A stretch of 61,467 nucleotides of DNA, the filler included, from Basidiobolus ranarum (Eukaryota), in assembly GCA_040143965.1 (NCBI GenBank). It is 14 parts of 14 records of this genome, joined end to end, with 100 filler letters (N's around TTAATTAATTAA, not from the genome) between each part and the next. Parts side by side here need not be neighbours in the genome. Positions count along the whole stretch, not along the records: positions 35,232 to 39,526 come from JASJQH010002026.1; positions 39,627 to 43,920 come from JASJQH010002027.1; positions 44,021 to 48,309 come from JASJQH010002028.1; 11 more parts are not named here. One strand, written 5' to 3'. The notes under the pieces were generated by a model. It did no database searches, was not told the DNA's origin, and worked only from the letters and a program-made list of their open reading frames with translations. Both the position numbers and the translations under genes were made by a program. Of the stretch, positions 35,232 to 46,536 are shown piece after piece. The stretch's first letter is position 1; each line of letters begins with the position of its first letter.

Positions 35232-37106
35232 CAGGTCTTTAACTAAGGTTTGATCTATAAGTAATGATTAAGCTAATCGAGAAGGTGTACTCACTCGTTA
35301 CTTGTAGAGGAAATACCCAGATGCCACAGATATGAGTATCTGCTCTCTAATCGGTGGATTTTTCTTCCTGCGCTTTTTAAATCCTGCCATTGTCACCCCT
35401 CAAGCTTACATGCTAATTGAAAAAAATCCATCTAAGCACCCTCGTCGAACTCTAACTTTGGTAAGATCTGTATAACATAGATACCCAGCGACGGTTTCTC
35501 ACATTTTTTTAGGTTGCAAAAATGCTACAAAATCTGGCCAACAAGCCATCCTATGCTAAAGAAGCCTACATGATGATACTCAACCCTTTTATTGAGGGAA
35601 ACAAAACTCGAATCAACAATTTCTTGAACGAGTTATGCGAAGTTGGAGACTTCTATGAATCCCTTGAGGTTTGGCTACCTATTCACAATGATTGTAAGAA
35701 TTCAATTAACGAGTCTCCTTACACTTTCCTATAGATGGACCAGTACATGGCCCTATCGAAGAAAGATTTGTCTCTCAATATCACTCTTAATGAAGTCTAC
35801 AGTACTCATGCTTTGTTGTTAAAGCATCAAGCAGTATTGGTATGTATATATCACCAACCCTTTCCAATGCATCGCTATGGATACTCAACATTTCTCTATT
35901 CTTAGTGTCCAAATGACAAACAGTATTTGAAGATGTCGCTTGATGAACTTGGACCGGCTCCAGCTCAAGTCCCGCGTAATGAGAACTGCTCGATTGAATT
36001 ACCATTATTCAGTCGTTGGGAGAATCCCATCAATGGTAAGTTTCGATTAATTTTGAATCAAAAGTGTTTCATAAGGTGACTGACGCTGGGATTTGTTATA
36101 GATACAGAAGGGGCATCTGGAGCTGGTGCTATCACCCAAAATGATATTCTATATATGGAGGCGAAATCTCTGTTGGTTCAGTTAATTCGAAGTCTACCTC
36201 GTCTTGCTGATAAGTCCGTCACTTCCTTAGTGGCGATTGCCGAAACCGCAGCGACAAGTAAGGATGGCGGCCTGGTTCGTAAAGGAATTAAAGTCAAAGA
36301 AATGCTCAACGAGTTGATTGCGCTGGGAGCTATAGACCCAAAAGACAACTTTGCACTCATGACGCAGGAAGTTAATCAAGTAGGTTTTTTGTTATGGAAA
36401 TTGTAACAGTGATAGGTTTACTGACTTCTTCCAAAGGAATTAGTCCACCTCGGAAATATTCGTGAAAAGGTGTTACAGGAGGCCAAATCCCTGGATAACG
36501 TCTATAAAACCATTTGTGACCATAACAATTATCTTCGCATGCAGCTTGAATCGTACAAAGCTTACCTTCAAAACGTACGTATGCAGTCTGGTGGTAAAAA
36601 GGAAAAATCGAAAGTTCATATCCCAGGCCCTATCAAATTCAGTCATAGCCATCTAGAGAGAGATGGTGTTATTGTGGAATGCAATGTTCCAGAAAACAGG
36701 TAGATGCTTGCTTCATGTTAATTCTATCGAAGTTTTCTAACCGTACCTCTCCATGTGAAGACGAAACAATATTTTCTTCAATATCCAATCCCCAGTGCCT
36801 GGTACCTTTATAATTGCACTGCATTACAAAGGTAATAATCCCTGTGATAGTTTACTTCCAATTTGCAATGCTAAACCGGATATTTAGGACGTGAAAAGCC
36901 TATCTTAGAAATGGATCTCAAACTTGATGACTTGCTAGAAAAGGTAGGTTGGGATAGTGCCACCCAGTGCTAACTGATGTAGCTAATCTCAGTATTTTTC
37001 ACCCAAATAGCAACAAGATAACATCCATACGTTGGACCTTGAGTATGTCCAACTGAACGTAGGGAAGCTACTTAATCTGTTGAACAAGAACTTCAACAAA
37101 CGATAA
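35232..37106 (+). CDS. RasGAP of the gap1/sar1 type with RasGAP_C domain, 5'-partial, about 9 introns
   Basis: GGFFFLRFLNPAIVTP, AKMLQNLANKPSYAKE, ELCEVGDFYESLE|MDQYMALSKK, DHNNYLR, LKLDDLLEK. GT-AG introns, stop at 37104-37106. Confidence 0.93.
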
Positions 37107-38229
37107 ATACAACAATCAGCCCAAGGGAGCTTTTATTTCACGAGTATACCTCGTGGATTCACTGATAGGTCCTAGTCGTATACTTTAGTAGCTACGCTTT
37201 TAATCTTGATTTCATTAACTTTCAATAATTTAACTTTGATGCCGACATTAAACATATCTGGCAACTTAAACCCTTGTCTCACTAAATACGCTCCTGATGC
37301 CTCTGTAGATGAAAGTCAATATCGATAGATAAGCTCCCAACTTACCCTAGGATTCACTCCACTCCACCCCACTCCACCACACCCCCTCCACACATACATG
37401 TTTTGTCTTTTGTAAGTGATTCTATGTCGCGAACGGATCTTTAATACTTCCCTACTCCTCGCGAATTGTTCTTTATTTTCCAGTTCATTTATGCTTGCTT
37501 TACTTTTTCACTTTCCCTTTCCCCTTCTCTCTCCCCCAATAATTATTTTGTTTTGCATGGCCATCATATATTCTCCCCCCATCCCGTATTCACTTTCAAC
37601 GACTGAATGATTAGGGATCCCTTTTAATCCATGAAATTTCTTTTTTTTACTTTGATTTGTATCCCTTTGATATTTCGAAACTTTTCTTTCATTTGTATGA
37701 AATAAAATTCCACTTCACTTTGCTGATTATCAGGTGGTCATTAACATGAGTTCCAGCCACGATTTCATGTAAGTGAATTTGAAATATTCATGTGAATTTT
37801 GATGTTGCATAGGGTCAGTTGATAATTTCTAAGATGGCTGGCTGAGATTAAGATTGTGATATATATGGATTTCAAAAATCCATCGAAATTTACTATGATA
37901 TCCAACTATTTCATTATTCTTGATATATATACATCCGATGCATTGGCTGCTACTCTATATTAATCAAGTCTTTTAGGAAGTTATCTACTTGACTTCAATT
38001 ATGAAATTACTATATGCTTTTAAATGTTCATACAAAATGTTTTCCATATTTCTCAATCCATTAGTAATGTATGCTGTCCATGCTAAGAAATTTTGGAGTT
38101 TATCAGAAGCAGTTTGGGGAACTAGAAAAATTGATGGTTTTCACTTGTTGATTTATTGAGTAGAAAGTTAATATATATGGTTTTGTCAAGATGAAGACTA
38201 ACAAATGTGTAGAATGTACTACAGAAAGT

Positions 38230-38745
38230 AACAATTACCATCACCACTGGTTGTGAAAGGTCCAGCTAGATCAATAGCAATGTGATACATAGTGAGTTCA
38301 GCATATATTGCAGTCAAAGGGTGAAATCCATGACATGTGATATGGTGAAGTTGATATTCTCCCCAAGACTTTACATATTCCAGAGAGTTAGCTTGATGTT
38401 AGGCCAGTGGTATTCATTGGAGTATAACTTCTTCATAAGTGTATCAGCCCCAAAGTGTCCTAGCAGATGACATTGCTAAATGAGATTCTTCCTTTCCTTT
38501 AGAGGTGGGCAAAATCTGGAGTCTGAGTCTTGGTGAGGAATTGAATGGGCGGTAGTTGTGAGTTTGCTGATTACATCAGTAATCACATGTCCCTCCTGGG
38601 AGGAAGTTGGAAGCAGTCTGGAAAGGGGATTGGCTAGAGTATTGAGAATTCCAGGGTGGTGAATTAATGTCTAGTCATAATCCAGTAGAGGATTCAGCCA
38701 GTTGGTTAGCATAGGTATCAGTGTCTTCTGAGTGTGAATATAGAC
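38230..38745 (-). mobile_element. Ty3/gypsy RNase H-integrase remnant
   Basis: LLDYD*TLIHHPGILNTLANPLSR and HLLGHFGADTLMKKL...YHWPNIK (integrase zinc-binding region). Confidence 0.75.
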
Positions 38746-38754
38746 AGGTGTCAT

Positions 38755-39138
38755 TGTTGAAATTAGCATTGCCTAAGCACCTATATAGTCATATATAACT
38801 CAGTACTTAGTTATCTTATAACTCACTAAGATATTATCAATTATTCTCAATCAGAATTTACTTGAAATATTTTTACCAACTTAGAAACTCTCAGATATAT
38901 AGATTTTTCAAACTTGTGCTAGAAGCCCCATACTTTGCACACATGTTCCTGGGACCTTTCTTAGCATATTCTACATGTTAGTTTGCTTACATCTTGACAA
39001 AACTATAAATGTCAACTTTCTACTCAATAAATCAATGTTGACAAAATTATAAATGTCAACTGAATAATCAATAAGTGAAAACCACCAATTCCTCTAATTC
39101 TCCAAACCACTTCCAACAGGCTCCCAAATACTTTAACA
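38755..39138 (+). mobile_element. Solo LTR family B with 5-bp target-site duplication GTCAT
   Basis: GTCAT-TGTTGAAATT...CTTTAACA-GTCAT. Small internal duplication near 39035-39075. Confidence 0.93.
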
Positions 39139-39526
39139 GTCATGATTCTGATCTTGGCATACTCATCCACTGCAAATGGAACTTTTCTATTATTAGATTA
39201 TTATATCATATCTGCAGTGCCATCCTTTCATGGCAATCTTGTGCTAGTTCATCCAGGTTACCTTATATGGATGTCATGTTCTTTGGTACATTCTATGAAA
39301 CTTATCAATGTTGAAATTAGCATTGCCTAAGCACCTATATAGTCATATATAGCTTAGTACTTAGTTATCTTATAACTCACTAAGATATTATCAATTATTC
39401 TCAATCGGAATTTACTTAGAATATTTTTACCAACTTAGAAGTTCTCAGATATATAGATTTTTCAAACTTGTGCTAGAAGCCCCAAACTTTGCACACATGT
39501 TCCTGGGACCTTCCTTAACATATTCT
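39139..39526 (+). mobile_element. LTR family C fragment (begins TGTCAT at 38749) interrupted by another LTR-B at 39309
   Basis: GTCATGATTCTGATCTTGGCATACT matches the minus-strand copies ending at 48750 and 53308. TGTTGAAATTAGC resumes at 39309. Confidence 0.85.
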
Positions 39527-39626
39527 NNNNNNNNNNNNNNNNNNNNNNNNNNNNNNNNNNNNNNNNNNNNTTAATTAATTAANNNNNNNNNNNNNNNNNN
39601 NNNNNNNNNNNNNNNNNNNNNNNNNN

Positions 39627-40127
39627 TTAAGGAAGGTCCCAGGAACATGTGTGCAAAGTTTGGGGCTTCTAGCACAAGTTTGAAAAATATATATATCTGA
39701 GAACTTCTAAGTTGGTAAAAATATTCTAAGTAAATTCTGATTGAGAATAATTGATATTATCTTAGTGAATTACAAGATAACTAAGTACTAAGCTATATAT
39801 GACTATATAGGTGCTTAGGCAATGCTAATTTCAACAAGAAGTTCTCAGATATATAGATTTTTCAAACTTGTGCTAGAAGCCCCAAACTTTGCACACATGT
39901 TCCTGGGATCTTCCTTAATACATTCTGCATGCTAGTTTGCTTACTTCTTGACAAAACTATGAATGCCAATTTTCTACCTAATAAATCAATAAGTGAAAAC
40001 CACCAATTCCTCTGATTCTCCAAACCACTTCCAACAGGCTTCCAAATACTCTAACAAGCCTAATATGGAGTAACTAAATACTAAGCTATATGTGACTATA
40101 TAGGTGCTTAGGCAATGCTAATTTCAA
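39627..40127. mobile_element. Cluster of three LTR-B pieces in alternating orientation
   Basis: 39627-39836 (minus), 39837-40055 (plus), about 40068-40127 (minus). Confidence 0.88.
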
Positions 40128-41438
40128 CTGGGTGTAAACCTCTGAACCTAGCACTACACTTGAAGAAATCTACACACCATAGATGATAAGTAGGACGAAA
40201 ATATTTAGTTGGAAATATTCTTCAGACATATTCTAGTCCAACAGAGCAAAAGTATACTAGAGGGTGTTTCTTGTACTTTCCAAACTGAGGGTATTACACA
40301 CAATATCAGCAGATATTTTGAGAGGAACCCATCTTCAGCTTCTTCAAGCTCAACCATGCTATTAATTGGAGTATTCTCCAAATATATGAAAAAGAGAAAA
40401 TTAGTTTGTTAATGTGAGTTCAAAATATTCCCTATTGTATGCTAAAAGAAATTTGTCAGCCTTGATTTTTATTAAATTTTGGATTCATAAATTGGTTTCA
40501 TATCTTATGGAATTTCATCTATGGACATAGTAAATTCATAGCCATTATTACTTGATCAATATTTTCATTGATGGAGATTCAAGTTTGATATATTCATAAA
40601 ACCATATTTATGCACTGTTGCTATACATTGATTACACTGAATGAACAAAAATTGCATTTGAAAATTTCAAATGATCAATAATTATGGAGATTGTTCAAAC
40701 TACAACTGTGAACTCGAGGATTCCCATGATAGGTTAGAGGAAGGTAATATAAAATATTGAAGACCAAATCTATTCATGATGGATATACAGATTTAAGGTT
40801 TGGGTTTGGCAATGATTTCACAATGTTGAATTTTATTAGCTAAGTCTATTGGTGATCTGATCAGAAAATTGCTTGGGGTTTACTCAAAGCGAACACTACT
40901 TCTCATTGCAGATGAAAGTCTTTATTGGGTGGATACCCACTTCTTAATCCCAGATGAAATTTAGAAATACTCTTAGATATCAGAGTTGGAGAGACTAGGA
41001 CAAGTTACATACGTTGCTGTTAGTTGCCTTGGTTTTAGAAATACATTGGATGGAACGTGTTAAATTTGTCAAACTGGACAACAGGTAGCATTAGATACCT
41101 CCAACAAATCACTATTCACAAGTTAAAATTTCCATTTGACGAAAGTGCCATTAAATCACTGAAGAGGTTGAAGGGCTAGGCAGTTTATACTCTTTCTTAG
41201 GACTCATTTTGTATTTGTAGAAGTTCTGATTAGTGAGACAACAGCCATGATAAACCGAGGCTTATCTGTACCTGGATGACGTAGCTTTCATGCTGCTGTC
41301 AGACCACATGTTGAAAGTACCTAATATGGCAGGATCAATCAGATATAGATGGGTAATCTTAAATCCAATGGTATCAGTTCAATATTTGCTATTTAAGCCT
41401 TCTGATTAATTTCGTAAATCCAAATCTGCTCCACTGCA

Positions 41439-42931
41439 ATGACGATTCTGTTCAGTATTATCACATTGCTATCAGCTAACTTGCTCCTTGGCACTTATGG
41501 CAGTTCGGTTGGCAATATCCTAGATCCTGACATTCAAGTAGATTATGATAGCTCTACTAACTACTTTCCTGATCAAATTAAGTGTAAATAATCACTCGCA
41601 TATGCTCATTATTTGCTTTAACTGACATTCTTCTTTATTTATAGTTGATACAAAAGCAGTGTTCACTGTTGAATATCAGTTGAGTTACAAGTACATTTAT
41701 AACAAAGTAACTAACCAAACCTTCGTACTCTATCAACGTGGTACTCCAAAGCCTATGCCCCGGAGTCTACATGCAACCTTCTTTGAAGTTCCACTCAACA
41801 AAGTAGGCATTATCACTTCAACCGCTATTCCTTATATGGAGGTAAGTGTTCTGATGATTTCTGGTTTTCTCTGGATATCAGCTAACATACTTTGCTATTC
41901 AGATGCTTGGGCTTCGTGAGCGTATTGCGTATACTACATTGACAGACTCCCCTTGTATTCGAAAACTCCAACGAGAAGAAAAGATCGCCTCATTTCCAAG
42001 TGATTTCTTGAATTCAATGAACAAAATTTTACAATTACCTAATTTCTGCAATGAAAGGATATCCAGCAACACAATTCAAAATGTTCATGAAGTATCAGAT
42101 ATTCTGGAATCGACAGGGTGGGTAGGATTCTACGCAACTTTTTTTAATATGGAGAAAACTGCCAATACAGTTGTCGAAGCCATCATCAACAACTATAATT
42201 GCATCAAGAAAAGCGCTATGAAAAAAACCAAGAAACACAGGCCGGTGGTTGCTTGGGCCGGTCTCTTCTCATACCAGAATGTTACTTATTATGGAGTCTC
42301 TTCGGCCATCAACAAATTCAATCTGACTATTGATGCTGGCGCTACTATGATCGATATGAAGTCTATTGACGTTCCTGAACTGAAACGAGACAACGATAGG
42401 CATACATTAAAGCAAGGTGATGAAAGGAAGATATTTGCTTATAAAACCGCTGCTGATATTCAAAAAGTCCTCAAGGATGTGGACGTCTTGATTGATGAAA
42501 CCTATACCCATACCTATACCAATCGATCCATCTATGCTCCGACCTTCAAGGATGTTTTAAAGCAGTATGGGTTGACTGAGTCAGACACACAATTCAAATT
42601 CATCAAAAACAAAGCAATATTTCGTACAGATCGGATTCAATCCTGGTGGAGTAATAGTGGATGGAAATTTGGGAGTGTTAATATGCCCGATGCTGCTCTA
42701 GAGGATGTTATAAACGCAATTCACCCTGGCTTTCATAGACAGTATGTTTTCCACTGGATGCGCAATGTTTACAGTGACAATAAGGTGAGCCGCGCTTGGG
42801 CTGGGGAGTGTAAAAATCCTAAGAGTCAACAGCCAAGTCTTGCACGCACTTGTAACCTCCATGGTTCTAGAGATACCACTAGTCTTCGTTCCCTAGGAGC
42901 TTTAGCACGTTTAATCACCCAATGGTATTGA
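41439..42931 (+). CDS. Secreted periplasmic-binding-fold protein, CBA1-like; 3 exons (41439-41583, 41645-41841, 41903-42931)
   Basis: Signal-peptide-like N-terminus; YDSSTNYFPDQI, FTVEYQLSYK, FVLYQRGT, FEVPLNKVG..STAIPYMEMLG, WVGFYATFFNME, PVVAW, DVDVLIDETY, PDAALEDVI, HWMRN. Both introns splice in frame. Confidence 0.75.
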
Positions 42932-43840
42932 GGTGCTATTGTATTTATTTCATTCAAAATATCTTTATTATTTGCTCTTTAGAATTGCACAATGTGTTTG
43001 AAATAAATCTTCTGAATGCATAGTTGGAGTTGAGTGTTTCTGGTATGATACTGTTCTGGCACATTGCCATATATTTCTAACCTATTGTTTTGCTGTAGTG
43101 ATTTACCTTCACTCTCTAAGCAATTAATAGGAGTTTGAATACCTTTGATATTCGTCATGTTGTAGGAAATCAGTTGTGTACTAGCTTATTGTATACTTTT
43201 ATATGCAGCAATCATTCAAGGAATTATAATTCAATACACTTTGGATATATAAGAAATACTTAAGTAACACCACTGTTGTGTTAAGATTACACTTCAAGTA
43301 TTACATCTGACAAGTATCAAATTGACTTGATAATTTGGAATAGCTTTGAATTGAAGTAATAGGAAAATTTTATATTTACTGTGGTGGCTGTTCAAGTAGT
43401 ATACTCTCGATTGACTCCTGCTTCAGATGACTGTATATGAATGTCATTGAAAACCTTGCATGGCAATAACTAGATCTCCTTGTGCGCAATATAAGTCATC
43501 TTAGAGAATGACATATAATGTGTGGTAATTTTCAAGATACGTGACAAGAAATTGGAATCTAATACTAGACTATGTAGTACTTTTCAAATGATTACATATT
43601 GCTTTGTCCGGTAGTACCAATACTAAACAAATCAACTGCTAATTAAATATCTTCAATATAGCACTACTTTTATAACATGTTAACATGTAAATTATGATGA
43701 GAGTTTTTTCATTTTAAAGGTCAAAAAATATCCCCTCATTTTATTGCTTATCTGATAGATAAAATAACCAAATTGTATTGATAGTTTGATGATGAAGACT
43801 AGCAACCCAACTTGTATATAAAAACAAGATTGAATTCGTG

Positions 43841-43920
43841 AAAAAATTTCCTCCGAAGAGGTGTCCACTCAAGATTTACGTGTCATCCTTGTGCAGGTGC
43901 GATGCTAATCTTCTCTGTAT
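43841..43920 (-). ncRNA. U6: U6 spliceosomal snRNA, 5'-truncated by contig end
   Basis: Minus strand ATACAGAGAAGATTAGCATCGCACCTGCACAAGGATGACACG... contains the ACAGAGA box, AGC triad and ISL, and ends in a T6 Pol III terminator. Confidence 0.93.
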
Positions 43921-44020
43921 NNNNNNNNNNNNNNNNNNNNNNNNNNNNNNNNNNNNNNNNNNNNTTAATTAATTAANNNNNNNNNNNNNNNNNNNNNNNN
44001 NNNNNNNNNNNNNNNNNNNN

Positions 44021-44463
44021 CCAAAGTCCTTTTTCTTGCAGCAGCATTTTCATTTTAATTTTCCAAACTTGATAATTGGTTCCATCCAATTTTTCTGAAG
44101 AGGGAAAAGTTCCATAAATTTGAGAAGTAGAAATTACAGAGAGTGCAAGCTCAGGGCTCATAACCTGTTAAGGTATTTGGGAGCCTGTTGGAAGTGGTTT
44201 GGAGAATTAGAGGAATTGGTGGTTTTCACTTATTGATTTATTGAGTTGAAAGTTGGCATTTATAGTTTTGTCAAGATGTAAGCAAACAAACATGTAGAAT
44301 GTGTTAAGGAAGATCCCAGGAGCATGTGTGCAACGTTTGGTGCTTCTAGCACAAGTTTGAAAAATCTATATATCTGAGAACTTCTAAGTTGGTAAAAATA
44401 TTTTATGTAAATTCCAATTGAGAATAATGGATGATAGGTGTTTAGGCAATGCTAATCTCAACA
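44021..44463 (-). mobile_element. Ty1/copia 5' end: LTR-B (44463-44166), PBS (44165-44152), gag start (ATG 44161)
   Basis: LTR end TTAACA is directly followed by GGTTATGAGCCCTG. Gag reads KLDGTNYQVWKIKMKMLLQEKGLW. Confidence 0.93.
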
Positions 44464-44922
44464 CACATGTTCCTGGGACCTTCCTTAACAAATACTAGAC
44501 ACATGTTTGTCTACATCTTGACAAAACTATAAATGTCAACTTTCTACTCAATAAATCATCAAGTGAAAACCACCAATTTCTCCAATTCTTCAAATCACTT
44601 CCAACCGGCTTGCAGAAATTTTAACATATTCAACATCTTAGTTAACTCAAGTTATGAGACATATATCAAAAACAGAAAGCAATGTATCTATAGCCTCTAT
44701 ATTCTAATTAGCAATATCTTTATATCTATATAACTGGTAAGTCTTTTTACCCCCACTTATCTTTTATTCTTGTTACACAAACTCCTGCATATCTTAAACA
44801 ATTGATTTGCTTCTCTACTATGTAAGTCACCAGATTCTCTTAAGAGTAAGGTTACTGAAATATTATCATAAGTTACCTCTAATCTACAAATTCTATCCCC
44901 ATTATGTCAAGATCCTCCAACA
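44464..44922 (+). mobile_element. Older LTR-B half (44464-44626) abutting an LTR-A copy (to 44922)
   Basis: Homologous to 38936-39138 and to 8985-9281. Ends GATCCTCCAACA. Confidence 0.85.
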
Positions 44923-46536
44923 GGAACCAAGTACATGGTACTCCTATTTTCAGCTCAACAATTGTAATATCCCTGGCAATATATTTTCTGTAGAAGAGCT
45001 TGATGCCCTAGGGTCAATTACATTCCGCAGACATTTCTTTGCACTCCAATGCCATTAGAAAGGCAATATTTTATCATCTCCAAGATTGATAACAGAGCCT
45101 TGTTGCCTCCTACTTGCACACCAAGGCAACTCTGTGCTGATGCTTCACATACAGGCTTAGGAAGATGAGCTACTTAATAGGAACTATTAAATAGCAGAAG
45201 CACAAGTGGTGTCTTGTGGTTATAACGGTTCATATCCTTTGTTTTCAAAACACACACTGAAAAGATTGAGAATGGATGTATTAGAGAAGAAACATTGCAT
45301 TAGTCTGCTAAGTTCAGCACTCTCTCAAACCAATGTTGAATCTACATGTGCGTTTGTATTGTAGAGACTAATTCTGAGATACTCAGCAGAAAGGACCCAT
45401 TTCCTCCTTAGAGTTGGATATTCATTCCCAAGTGCTCTGAATGCCGAGAAAGCTAAATCTATTGCAGTGATGTATATGAATAAGCGAGACTTTGCACATG
45501 GATTCCTTTTGTGCATTTACAACTCAAAAAGATAATAGTGAAACATTCAGATAAGGCAGGCTAATTTCATATATAGACTTAGGCTCCAGAATGGCCCGAA
45601 AGACACCCACTATTCAATCATATTTAGTCATCAATCTGACTCATTAACACATTTCTCCAATTACACGAGGTGCCCTACAGTGTGGAATTGCCAGTTGGCT
45701 TGATTGACGGTCATCAAATTTGGGATCGCTCTTTTATTGACGTTATCGTCCGCGGTAGCGTTTATTCTTCCCAAATAGACCAATTGTGGAGGGTGTGAGC
45801 TTAAACGTGACCATGTTAGTTGAAACTAGACAGCTTGACTTGGATTGTGGCGAGTGGAGCATATTGGATGCAAAGTTCGTGTTACATGTTAGGCAACGAT
45901 CATGAACAAACAGGGCGAGAATCACGACCCTTGTTACAATGTATGGAGCTCCATATACTCGTTGCATCCAAATGGGCTTCGAGGCGCTTGTAGCTAAGCT
46001 TTTCGACGTGTTTTACAGTGTTGTCTGATGCCATCGGCCAATTAGTTCGATCCCTGTCTGTTTCAACAAGGGCAAAAAGGAGGCTTTAAACACTTGAAAC
46101 CACGACTCAATCGCAGATCCCTTTGCTCTACATAACTATAACATATATGCGGGCCTTGTTACAGTGATCTTGCGTGTTGCATCACTGGCTATTCTGTGTT
46201 TCTCCGAGTAAAAGATAAGAGCCAGTAACTTTAATGATTCTTTAATCCAGGCTGATTACAATTGATCGATCATCATTTTGACGCACTGTTTGATTGTCTT
46301 TTTTTTCAGATGGTAATTCAAAAATTTACAAACCAACCGAATTTCTTGTATTTATACTCAATTGGCTCATCTGGTTAACTCATTCTGTGGTGTTTATACT
46401 CTTCCTAAGGATTGTTATATTTAAGAGCCTTTCTACCTTTACCTATCTCAACTTTCGTTTGCCTCATTTACTACTGGCACTTGTTGTTTTCTTCGTGCTT
46501 TCATAGATCTTGTTGAGTTCTCTTATTCACCTGTAG

